A stretch of 61,928 bases of DNA from Thermoanaerobaculia bacterium. Lineage in GTDB: Bacteria; Acidobacteriota; Thermoanaerobaculia; Gp7-AA8. Below are positions 20,201-28,122 of the stretch, one piece after another. The DNA lies in assembly GCA_035688915.1 (NCBI GenBank), contig DASSMK010000245.1, forward strand, positions 1 to 61,928, written 5' to 3'. Every line of letters starts with the position of its first letter. Position 1 is the stretch's first letter. Made by a program: the position numbers and the translations under genes. The notes below the pieces were generated by a model that worked only from the letters and a program-made list of their open reading frames with translations, was not told where the DNA came from and searched no databases.

Positions 20201-21227
20201 CGAATGCGGATACGTCACCGAGCCAGTAGACCGGCTGCTGCGCGTCCGACTTGGCAGTGAAGCCCTGCGCGGAGTTGACGTTCGTGAACTGCGTCGGCTT
20301 GTAGCACTTCGTCGCCCCGCATTCCTGAATGGCAGTGACGCGGCTGCGTGCCGTGGCCGCGGAGTACTCGTACGTCAGGTTCCAGGAGCGGAGATCGTTG
20401 CCGTCGTCGTCATAGGTAACCACTCGCGACAGCCGCTGCGTGACGTGCTCCGGCGAGCCGCCGGAGTAGCGCGAAATCGCATCGGTGCGGTCTTCGTATT
20501 CGAAGCCGATGCGTTTCGCTCCTGCGTATTCGATCGACGATACGTAATAGCCGGCGGCTCCATCGTGCGTGTACTTCGTGACTACGTTGACGCCGCGGAT
20601 GTCCTTCCATTCGTCGACGCTCCAGACGCGGATCGCGCCGTCCGCGCGTCCTTCGGCCGGGATCCGTCCGCCCGTTGCACCGGCCGATCCGCCGAACTCG
20701 AGCTGCGCCCCGTCTTTGTTTGTAGCGGTGAAGTAACAGGGTCCGTCGCCACAGAGGCCATGTGACACGAATTTCGTCCAGGTATCGCTCTCCGTCCTAT
20801 ATTCCGCTCCGTCGGCGCCGTATGTGCCGGACGTGGCAATGAGACTCATGCCGGAGATGCAGAACCGGTCGCCGCTGTCGTACGAAACGGTACCGGCAGT
20901 GGCGTGAGCGCGGACCGTCGCGCCACAGCGGCCGATCGCGTCAATGCCATTCAATGACCAGCCGACGCCCAGCAGGCCATTCCCCCGCTCGCTGTTGTAA
21001 GTCAGCGACAACGAGGGTGCGACGCCGTTGATGCCGGGAGGTGCCTCGATCGGTACTCTATACGTCGCCGCACCGGCCACGACGTCGAACGAACCCGCTG
21101 GCGTGCCGGCAATGAGCGTCGATGTCTGCGCCTGCATCTCCGCGTTCGGCTCGAGATGCACGGTGCCGGACACGATGAGGCTGACCGTGGCCAAGGCGAG
21201 AACTCTCCCCAGTCCGTGACGAGTCAT
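14229..21227 (-). CDS. Polymorphic toxin, 2332 aa. Domain order: signal peptide; SpvB/TcB-like domain; FG-GAP/VCBS propeller; RHS/YD-repeat shell; RHS core; Gly-zipper TM region; PT-HINT; HNH/EndoVII (GH-E-like) nuclease tip.
   Basis: SpvB-type motif TYRVPIEAPPGINGVAPSLSLTYNS. Repeated DVNGDGxxD FG-GAP motifs. Many YD repeats (YxYDxxGR). Core GARYLDPRTGRFTTPDP...NPYLYGGNNPASIIDPDG. Hint domain from CSSFLAGQTVLMADG to ...VLVHN. Tip motifs MGHNPVDAV...NYIFEYGPLNSSNG. Confidence 0.9.
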   Translation of the reverse strand: MTRHGLGRVLALATVSLIVSGTVHLEPNAEMQAQTSTLIAGTPAGSFDVVAGAATYRVPIEAPPGINGVAPSLSLTYNSERGNGLLGVGWSLNGIDAIGRCGATVRAHATAGTVSYDSGDRFCISGMSLIATSGTYGADGAEYRTESDTWTKFVSHGLCGDGPCYFTATNKDGAQLEFGGSAGATGGRIPAEGRADGAIRVWSVDEWKDIRGVNVVTKYTHDGAAGYYVSSIEYAGAKRIGFEYEDRTDAISRYSGGSPEHVTQRLSRVVTYDDDGNDLRSWNLTYEYSAATARSRVTAIQECGATKCYKPTQFTNVNSAQGFTAKSDAQQPVYWLGDVSAFDMTGDGRDDIVNATYQSTYDHTGYWATNVYVSVHASTGRTALKTSAPQTLDLGPAIGGREPAIAIVPNDVDGDGRGDLVVMRRLPTNDPKKTRMQFYSYRSDGTMFGAAGSSDLIEDAGISDFSFFKLVSGDVNADGLSDVMVVTISSITPYLSAGDGTFTKGAQYSYANDTDSSVYLPMDVNGDGRMDVVAASPSGFVTFRAQNDSFIYDSTYKHSTFGFLESTKFFSADVNGDGLSDLIAATVSLLDTKIETFISTGAAGTNETRFVAGPTFVLQGPVTTVVAANFNDDKLADLAMIQPVNGKTAVTPLYNRNGHSWELASEAQTTLDGSMGRWPFGVLSADLDGDANDDLLVATNANFASFDLSRLYPNASQADLVSTITNAAGGKTKIEYAPLTDSSVYTKGTATEPGVRDVVVPLPVVSSYSVDDGQKGTYKYTETYTGARVGAHGEGWLGFSGITTTDQDKRSTTIQYSQKWPVVGQATTVTNYNKAKIALTSTTITYADNAADDMQSRGIHQIVPVMETATTYAGQKNGAAEFSLRRVYHYGKRGNVVRIDELGDPTDLTDDHYLCMRYDNDDAEWRLGYLRAQKDTLSYINCVNFLGDAPGFATGDLQLRHLTYDGAMNTASEAFWDDHRGDWLRNEYTYDQYGNLTAVTTADGAQTTYEWDDSHRFMTRSTSPDTPNGKHLVESYEYDTRFGTITKHTDWNGNVTEYSFDEMGRPVSVTGPDPQGVGKVLLTTHWESTAGGTVMVQRTRPDWTSSDFASIPQGQPATDSWHWRRTYYDALDRPYKTDRKGDSDGAVVIEQELQFDGAGRVSSTGAPSLSGKTTAWTTIDYDDYDRPVKITRPDKVAETFVYTRGARTVTHTRAAGTDDAVTDIQKYDPRGRLIQRTLPNESTLTYTYDPLGQPLSIAAGSDQRLTTLDWDSIGRIHAHTTPDAGTRTYTYDIDGRVESITDGAENRIDYTWDLLGRPQTIIESGDSIAAATTTFAFDGNTSNGLGHLTSVQRTADDITVSHQFGYDAYGHVTSGLAVIANWSFLYGYDFSPEGRVTSEHFPDRSRLDFGYTAGGNPSTHTLVDVNGTQKTYATLSGYTAYAMPALETFDNTVSVSHDYYDEAKLSGGAISTITVHRQRDGIDLTKRQYQWNRLYNLITESAPSVAIGSYVYDTPPMSYLKSATVGPTTNSFTYDRAGNRLSISAGAGPRPYAYDQSNDRMLNGPGLQMTWNGNGTLHTLLRDGDLYAYRYHFDGRLSSVQQGQTPKRALYAEDFAGDIVYRQLTGRGGDQDTSTFLVMPDYEIVLYPETGRVISTKTIQGPYGPMVAITENANLPAIPGGGKAAIDHEMRGRMYDHSPDPWLRVRSLFDRWFARTLRLAPLGTAAVSLLAAVLFLLISGRPASPLPRRRRLFASVARLLVLTVLLQGVNPAWASLSPGPNGAGNPIIGVRYFAQDQAGNTIAVTATDGVHRASLRYLPFGLLEPTVTAGVDDSRPKFGGKRFDEASGFYDFGARYLDPRTGRFTTPDPAGQYMNPYLYGGNNPASIIDPDGRFAFLIPALIVAGAALGAYMGGATVNHRWNPAHWDWTSGSTYAGIFGGAALGAVGFGIEAGVASATVLGTAAAAAGITSAELGMAGAVFVGAGEGAAYTAMGGGDSEEVLEGALMGGLLGGLGAGLTPMLGHGASALSRAVRGKSADAAETVGAEAAEAADVAESSVPCSSFLAGQTVLMADGSLQPIEQVRRGQSVSGYALGGEGHGRFSVYETHQGETNHVTRIITADGTEILATPSHRFRGYGMGWIAASELTSTISLVDDRGQPVPIRSVETTATSTPAPVYNVSVEKAEDYYVSPARVLVHNVKASCRRLSVGATPGKWSATGQAVLRNMKSANLAEKRAGAWWVRVPVKNGGPRVWMKLDRNIHMGHNPVDAVTAWNEEFWEYGARSPEVRAWMRDPANYIFEYGPLNSSNGASLKAKYRRPSGWSGHWPGPDN

Positions 21228-21328
21228 GGGACTTCTCCTGCCGTTGATTTGGATTGCGACCGGAAGTCAGTATGGGCGGAAGAAAGTGCTTCGCGCCAGC
21301 TGCAATATTGGAAGCTCCATCTGGCAGA

Positions 21329-21664
21329 ATGAGTCGCATGCCTTCCGTCTCCACGCCCGAACCGCCGTACTACGCCGTGATCTTCACGTCGACGCGCACC
21401 GAGGGCGACGACGGCTACGGCGACATGTCGGTGAAGATGAACGAGCTCGCCGCGCAGCAGCCCGGCTTCCTCGGCGTCGAATCCGCCCGCGGCGCCGACG
21501 GCCTCGGCATCACCGTCTCGTACTGGGAAAGCGAAGAAGCGATCGCGAACTGGCGGAAGAACGTGGAGCACCGCGTCGCGCAGACACACGGGCGCGGTAG
21601 GTGGTACGACCAGTTCGTGACGCGCGTGGCGAAAGTGGAGCGGGTGACGCGCTTCAGCCGCTGA
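21329..21664 (+). CDS. Antibiotic biosynthesis monooxygenase (ABM) domain protein
   Basis: About 110 aa with ferredoxin-like ABM features (YYAVIFTS...GFLGVESARGADGLGITVSYWESEEAIANWRKNVEH). Alternative ATG at 21338. Confidence 0.65.
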   Translation: MSRMPSVSTPEPPYYAVIFTSTRTEGDDGYGDMSVKMNELAAQQPGFLGVESARGADGLGITVSYWESEEAIANWRKNVEHRVAQTHGRGRWYDQFVTRVAKVERVTRFSR

Positions 21665-22448
21665 CGATGCGCTCTGCGCTCGTGTAGACGTTGAAGCGCT
21701 CACCGCGCACGAAGCCGATGAGCGTCACGCCGAATTCGTGCGCCAGCTCGACGGCGAGCGTGGATGGCGCGCCAACGGCGGCGAGGATCGGGATGCCCGC
21801 CACAATCGTCTTCTGCACGATCTCGAAGCTCAGGCGGCCGCTCACCACCAGCGCGTGCTGCGCGAGCGGCGTCGCCGATTCGAGAAAGAACGAGCCGATC
21901 ACCTTGTCGACCGCGTTGTGGCGTCCGACATCTTCCCGCGCGCGGAGGATGTTGCCGTCCGCATCGAAGATTGCCGCGCCGTGAATCGCGCCGGTAGCGT
22001 CGAACGACGTTTGCTGCGCGCGCAGCAGTTCGGGCATGGCGATGATCTTTGCGGCGTGCATGCGCAGATCAGATTGCACGGGCGCAGTTTGCACGCGCAG
22101 CGCGTCGATCGACGTCTTGCCGCAAACGCCGCACGATGATGTCGAGTAAAAGTGACGCTGCAATCGCTGCAGATCGAGCTTCACGCCGTCGCGCAATTGC
22201 ACGCGCACCACATTCGGCGAGCCCCAATGGCGAATTGATTCGATTTCATCCGCCGCGTGCAGAATCGACTCGCTAAAGAGAAATCCTGCGGCGAGCTCAA
22301 AGTCTTCACCGGGCGTGCGCAGCGTGACGGAGACCGGCTTCTCGCCGATGCGAATCTCCAGCGGCTCTTCCACCGCCAGCACGTCCTCGTCGCGCGACGC
22401 GGCTTCGCCGCTGACGCGGGTGATGGGAACGCGCGAGGTGGGCTGCAT
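21654..22448 (-). CDS. fdhD: Formate dehydrogenase accessory sulfurtransferase FdhD
   Basis: 264 aa with the SSCGVCGK motif and a C-terminal GRHNAVDK... region. Divergent from fdhA. Confidence 0.9.
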   Translation of the reverse strand: MQPTSRVPITRVSGEAASRDEDVLAVEEPLEIRIGEKPVSVTLRTPGEDFELAAGFLFSESILHAADEIESIRHWGSPNVVRVQLRDGVKLDLQRLQRHFYSTSSCGVCGKTSIDALRVQTAPVQSDLRMHAAKIIAMPELLRAQQTSFDATGAIHGAAIFDADGNILRAREDVGRHNAVDKVIGSFFLESATPLAQHALVVSGRLSFEIVQKTIVAGIPILAAVGAPSTLAVELAHEFGVTLIGFVRGERFNVYTSAERIVSG

Positions 22449-22616
22449 GAGGTGCGGATTCTACGCATGCGCACAACAATTCGCGCGCACTGTGGAAACG
22501 CACCACGAACGTTGGAGCGGCGGGCGCCCTCGCCCGCCGGTGTGCGTGGACGGGCGAGTCGCCCGCCACCAGTCGCAAGCGCCGCTACCGGCAACGACCT
22601 CGCATACACTTCGTGC

Positions 22617-25600
22617 ATGCTCGCCGAGCTTCTCCTGAAGTGGCCGCTCATTCGCCAGTTGCGCGATCGGAAGGACGGCACCGGAGCGGAGTCGATGTCC
22701 GAGCGCACGCGGCAGCTCGTGCCGAAGAATGACGGCGCACAAGTCGCGCGATCCGTCTGCCCGTACTGCGCCGTCGGATGTGGTCAACTCGTTTACCATC
22801 GCGAAGGCCGCGTCATCAGCATCGAAGGCGATCCGCAGTCGCCCATCTCGCGCGGCCATCTCTGTCCGAAAGGCGCCGCGAGCCACGAACTGGTCACTCA
22901 TCCGAACCGCGCCACGACCGTGAAGTACCGCGCGCCGCACGCGAAGCAGTGGGTCGAGCTCGATCTCGAGAGCGCGGTGGAGATGGTCGCGGACCGCATC
23001 TGGTCGACGCGCGAGCGCACTTTCGACGACGAGCATCGCCACACCACCGGCCTCGCGCACCTCGGCGGCGCCACGCTCGACATCGAAGAAAACTATCTGA
23101 TCAAGAAGCTCTTCACCGCCGGATTGGGGATGGTCTGCCTGAGCAATCAGGCGCGCATATGACACAGCTCCACGGTGCCCGGTCTGGGCACCTCTCTCGG
23201 CCGCGGCGGCGCGACGACCGCGCAGCAGGACCTCGCCAATTCCGACGCCATTCTGATCATGGGCTCGTCGATGGCGGAGAACCATCCGGTCGGCTTCCAG
23301 TGGGTGATCGAAGCGCGCGAGAAGAACGGCGCGAAGATCATTCATGTCGATCCGCGCTTCACGCGCACGTCGGCCATGTCGGATTACTGGCTGCCGCTCC
23401 GCGCCGGCAGTGATCTGATTTTTCTCGGCGCGCTCATTCGTTACGTGCTCGAAGAACAGCGCGATTTTCGCGAGTACGTCGTGCGCTACACGAACGCCGC
23501 CGTGATCGTGCGCGACGACTTTCGGGACACCGAGGAGCTGGGCGGGATTTTTTCGGAGGCGGAGACTTGGTTGTATCCGGGCTCGCCCGGCGGCTCGCGC
23601 GACACAGGCCATCGCGGCGAAGGACAAGGCACGCCTCAGACGCCGTCCGATCCGCCGCGCGATGAAACGCTGCAGGATCCGCGGTGCGTCTATCAAGTGA
23701 TGCGACGCCACTTCGCGCGCTACACGCCCGAGCTGGTCGAGCAGGCGTGCGGCATTCCGCGCGAGCGGTTCCTCGAGATCGCGGACATCTACACAAGCGC
23801 GTCCGGTCCGGAGAAAACCGGCGCGATCTGCTACGCCGTCGGCTGGACGCAGCATTCGAGCGGCGTGCAAATGATTCGCGCCGCGTCGATCCTGCAACTG
23901 CTCCTCGGCAACATCGGACGTCCCGGCGGCGGCATCATGGCTCTGCGCGGCCACGCGTCGATTCAAGGATCGACGGACATCCCGACGCTCTACGACATCC
24001 TGCCCGGTTACTTGCCGATGCCGACGGAGAAGGAGCGCGATCTCGCCACGTATCTGAAAAAGCACAAGGCGGAGAAGGGGTGGTGGTTCAACACCGACAA
24101 GTACCTCGTCTCGCTGCTCAAGGCGTATTACGGCGACGCGGCCACGCGCGAGAACGACTTTGGCTACGACTGGCTGCCGCGCCTCACCGGCGATCACTCC
24201 TATTTTGGCTACTGGCTGGACATGGCCGATGGGAAGCTCGAGGGGTTGATCGTGATGGGGCAGAACCCGGCGGTCGGTTCGCCGAACGCGAAGCTCGAGC
24301 GCAAGGCGCTGGCGCAGTTGCAGTGGCTCGTCGTGCGCGACATGGTGGAAGTGGAGACGGCGACGTTCTGGCTCGATTCACCGGAGGTCGCGAACGGTGA
24401 GCTGCGCGCCGAAGACATCGCGACGGAGGTGTTCTTCTTCCCGGCGGCATCGCATGTGGAGAAGGAAGGAACGTTCACGAACACGCAGCGCCTGCTGCAG
24501 TGGCGGGAGAAAGCGGTCGATCCGCCGGGCGACGCGCGCAGCGAACTGCAGTTCATGGTGGCGCTGGGACGGAAGCTGAAAGCGAAGGCGACCAGCGCGG
24601 CGCGCGACGCGGGTCTGCGCGCGCTGACGTGGGACTACGCAGATGAAGATGCGGAAGAGGTGCTGCGCGAGATCCATGGCCCACCATCCATCAAGCATTT
24701 CGGCGAGCTGAAAAACGATGGCAGCACCTCGTGTGGCTGCTGGATTTACTCGGGCGTGTTCGACGGCTTCAATCGCGCGAACGCTCGCGAAGCGAAGGGC
24801 CGCTACGCGCATGGTTGGGGATACGCGTGGCCGCTCGATCGCCGCATTCTGTACAACCGCGCGTCGGCGCGTCCGGACGGCAAGCCGTGGAGCGAGCGGA
24901 AGGCGCTGGTGTGGTGGGATGAAGAGAAGCGCGAGTGGGTGGGCCACGACGTCGCCGACTTTACGCGCGGCAAAGCGCCGGACTACAAACCGAAGCAGGG
25001 GAGTGGCGGCGACGAAGCACTCGCCGGCGACGCGCCGTTCATCATGCATCCGGACGGCATGGGCTGGCTGTGGGTGCCGTCGGGTTTGAAGGATGGGCCG
25101 TTGCCCGCGCACTACGAGCCGCTCGAATCGAACGTGCGCAATCCGCTGTACGCGCAGCAGAGCAACCCTGCCGCCGATCGGATGGAGCGTCCCGACAACG
25201 TCTACGCCGCTTCGCCCGACGCGCGTTTCCCGTACGTGCTCACCACGTATCGCTTGACCGAGCATCACACCGCCGGCGGCATGTCGCGCACGCTCGCGCA
25301 TCTCGCGGAACTGCAGCCGGAGCTCTTCGCGGAAATGAGTCCCGAGCTGGCGGACGAAGTGGGCGTGCAGAACGGCGAGATGGTCACGATCTCGACGGCG
25401 CGCGCATCGATCCGCGCGCGAGCGCTCGTCACCACGCGCATGCCCTCGCTCGACATTGACGGAAAGCGCGTGCATCAGGTCGGCCTGCCGTATCACTGGG
25501 GACCGCGCGGCCTGGTGAAAGGCGATGTGGTCAACGACCTGCTGGCGATTTCCGAGGAGCCGAACGTGAAGATCTTCGAATCGAAGGGATTGACGTGCAA

Positions 25601-25622
25601 TCTGGTGCGCGCGCAGGCGTAG
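22617..25622 (+). CDS. fdhA: Selenocysteine-containing formate dehydrogenase alpha subunit (molybdopterin oxidoreductase), UGA-Sec at 23160-23162
   Basis: ORFs 22257..23162 and 23175..25622 share one frame. The junction reads QARI-U-HSSTVPGLGTSLGRGGATT, the canonical Sec site. N-terminus MLAELLLKWPLIRQL and the Fe-S motif CPYCAVGCG. No Tat signal. Confidence 0.92.
23163..23200 (+). promoter_or_regulatory. Bacterial SECIS element
   Basis: Hairpin GGTGCCC (23174-23180) / GGGCACC (23186-23192) with apical loop GGTCT. It starts 11 nt after the UGA and resembles the E. coli fdhF SECIS apical GGUCU loop. Confidence 0.8.
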
Positions 25623-26267
25623 TCATGATGCCCACGTAGCGGCGAGCTCTGCTCGTGATCTTTCGTAGTGGTTGCAGTCGAGGTTCCCCTTTGCGTCGCC
25701 AGGAATGCCCGGGACCGCGTTCGGCGTGAGGCCGTTGCGGCTGTCGGTGTACTGCCACAGCCAGAAGTCAGTCCAACTCGGCTGAATGACGGGTTCTTCG
25801 TTGTAGTGCGCCAGCCACAGGCGGTGACTGCCGAAGAACGCATCCCGTTTTTTGCGCAGCGCGTCTTTGATCGTGTGCCCGCTGTACAGAACCGGTTTCC
25901 GGCCGAGGCGTGCGGCGAGCTGTTCGAGGAACTCGCGGGCTTGCGTGAGAGTCATCTGGTTGCCCGCCGTGTCCTCAAAGTCGAGAGCGACGAGCGTCTC
26001 GTCGTCCGGTTCACTCCGCCGCAGGAAGTTCTCCACTTGCTTCGCGACGTTCGCATGCGTGCCCCAGTGATACGCGCCCCACAGCAGGCCCGCGTCCCGC
26101 GCAAGCGTCCGGCGCGCGGCGTACGTTTCATCTTTGCCGGTCGCGCCGGTCGTCGCTTTGTGAATGATTCCCCAGACGCCGGCTTCAGCGGCTGCGTGGA
26201 AATCCTCGACAACGTCGCCGTGGGACAGGTCAACGACACGAACCGCACGATCGATCACGACTCGCAC
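25623..26267 (-). CDS. Glycoside hydrolase family 25 lysozyme (muramidase), no signal peptide
   Basis: VVDLSHGDVVEDFHAAAEAGVWGIIHKATTGATGKDETY...GLLWGAYHW...ALDFED...LWLAHY...WLWQYT...GNLDCNHY matches the GH25 pattern. Confidence 0.8.
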   Translation of the reverse strand: MRVVIDRAVRVVDLSHGDVVEDFHAAAEAGVWGIIHKATTGATGKDETYAARRTLARDAGLLWGAYHWGTHANVAKQVENFLRRSEPDDETLVALDFEDTAGNQMTLTQAREFLEQLAARLGRKPVLYSGHTIKDALRKKRDAFFGSHRLWLAHYNEEPVIQPSWTDFWLWQYTDSRNGLTPNAVPGIPGDAKGNLDCNHYERSRAELAATWAS

Positions 26268-26370
26268 CTCCGACAGCTGGAGCGCTGATGCGCTCTATCT
26301 ATTAGGAGTGCCAGCAGTCGCATGTTTCCCTTCCCACCGCGACAACTTTCCGCGTGCTACTCTCGCGCGC

Positions 26371-27153
26371 ATGCCGACCACCGGCTTCTTCACCGATTCC
26401 ACGCTTTGCATAGGCTGCAAAGCCTGTGAGGTGGCGTGCAAGGAGTGGAACGGAGTTCCGGACGACGGCTTCGTCTTCTCCGGCCTCTCCTACGACAACA
26501 CGCTCGGCCTCGGCCACTCCACCTGGCGCCACGTCAAGTTCGTCGAGTTCGGCACGGAGATCGGGCGCGGCGGCAATGCGGTGGAAGGGGCGACGTGGCA
26601 GTTCTCGTCGGACGTTTGCCGGCACTGCGAAGTGGCCGGCTGTCTCGAAGCGTGTCCCACCGGCGCGATCGTGCGGACGGAGTTCGGCAGCGTCTACATC
26701 CAGCCCGACATCTGCAACGGCTGCGGCTATTGCGTCGTGACTTGTCCGTTCGGCGTCGTCGATCGTCGGCCTGACGACGGGCGCGCGTTCAAATGCACGT
26801 TCTGCTACGACCGCCAGAAAGCGGGACTCGTCCCCGCGTGCGCGAAAGCGTGTCCGACCGAATCGATTCTCTTCGGCGATCTCGATGAGCTGCAGCGCAA
26901 AGCCGACGAGCGCATCGAGAAACTGCATGCGATGGGGATGCGCGACGCCACGATTTGGAATCCGAAAGAGACCTCCGTCGGCGGTACGCACGCGTTCTTC
27001 CTCGTGCGAGGCGAGACGGAGCGCTACAACCTGCCGAAGACGCCGCAGGTGCCGACCACATTGCTGAAGGCCGGCTGGTCGTCGGCGGCCGTCGCCGCAG
27101 GTGCGATCGCAGTCGCGTCGCTCCTCGCGTTTGCGTTCGAGGCGCGGAAGTGA
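26371..27153 (+). CDS. Formate dehydrogenase iron-sulfur (4Fe-4S dicluster) subunit with a C-terminal membrane anchor
   Basis: MPTTGFFTDSTLCIGCKACEVACKEWN..., CRHCEVAGCLEACP, CNGCGYCVVTCP, CTFCYDR...ACAKACP. Hydrophobic C-terminus. Confidence 0.9.
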   Translation: MPTTGFFTDSTLCIGCKACEVACKEWNGVPDDGFVFSGLSYDNTLGLGHSTWRHVKFVEFGTEIGRGGNAVEGATWQFSSDVCRHCEVAGCLEACPTGAIVRTEFGSVYIQPDICNGCGYCVVTCPFGVVDRRPDDGRAFKCTFCYDRQKAGLVPACAKACPTESILFGDLDELQRKADERIEKLHAMGMRDATIWNPKETSVGGTHAFFLVRGETERYNLPKTPQVPTTLLKAGWSSAAVAAGAIAVASLLAFAFEARK

Positions 27154-28052
27154 AAGCGACCGAAGCGCGGCTCGACGAAATCCGCCGCACCGCAGCCGCT
27201 CTTCCCGCGAGCGCGCCGAAAGACTCGTATTACGACCTCCCGCTGCTCAAGGCACCGGTGTGGACGTGGGAAATCCCGACGTACTTTTTCATCGGCGGTG
27301 CGGCCGGCGCTGCCGCAGTGATCGGCGCCGCCGCGCGCATGACGGGCGCGAACGAGAAGCTCGTACGCGACGCGCGCTGGATCGCCGCCATCGGCGCCAA
27401 TCTCTCCACGCCGCTCCTCATCGCCGACCTCGGACGTCCCGAGCGTTTCCTCTACATGCTGCGCATCTTCAAGCCGCAGTCGCCGATGTCCGTCGGCGCG
27501 TGGATCGTCGCCGCATTCGGCGGCGCGTCGACGGCCGCGCTGTTCGTGCCGACGAAAACGCTGAAAGATCTCGCCGCGTTTGCATCCGCCGCAACGGGCC
27601 TGGGCATGGCCACGTACACCGGCGTGCTCCTCGGCGCCACCGCCATTCCGGTGTGGGCCGAGCACGTGGCGACGCTGCCGATTCACTTCGGCGCATCCGC
27701 GCTCGGCTCCGCCGCATCGCTGCTCCAACTGCGCGGCCACGACACGCGCGCCATCCGCTCGCTCGCCCTCGGCGCCGCGGTCGTAGAGACCGCGACCAGC
27801 ATCGCTATGGAACGTCGTGACCACGCCGCAGACGACGCGACAAAACGCACCACGCGCCTCGGCGGCATCCTGGCCGGACCGGTGCCGCTCGCGCTGCGTC
27901 TCCTCGGCGGACGCTCCAAAACGATGCGCCGCATGGCCGCGGTTTCCGCGCTGGCCGGATCGCTGATCACGCGGTTCGAGTGGGTGGCCGCCGGCAAAGA
28001 AAGCGCGCGAAATGCCGCCGCCGCGCTCGCTCCGCGCCGCGACTCGAAGTAA
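27150..28052 (+). CDS. NrfD/PsrC-like polytopic membrane subunit of the formate dehydrogenase complex
   Basis: GTG at 27150 overlaps the preceding stop (GTGA). About 300 aa with about 8 TM helices (YYDLPLLKAPVWTWEIPTYFFIGGAAGAAA...). Confidence 0.75.
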   Translation: MKATEARLDEIRRTAAALPASAPKDSYYDLPLLKAPVWTWEIPTYFFIGGAAGAAAVIGAAARMTGANEKLVRDARWIAAIGANLSTPLLIADLGRPERFLYMLRIFKPQSPMSVGAWIVAAFGGASTAALFVPTKTLKDLAAFASAATGLGMATYTGVLLGATAIPVWAEHVATLPIHFGASALGSAASLLQLRGHDTRAIRSLALGAAVVETATSIAMERRDHAADDATKRTTRLGGILAGPVPLALRLLGGRSKTMRRMAAVSALAGSLITRFEWVAAGKESARNAAAALAPRRDSK

Positions 28053-28122
28053 ACTTACGGCAATCCGTCCAAAGCAGTCGCACCCGTTGTCGCACCCGTT
28101 GTCCAACCACCGGAGGTGTCGA

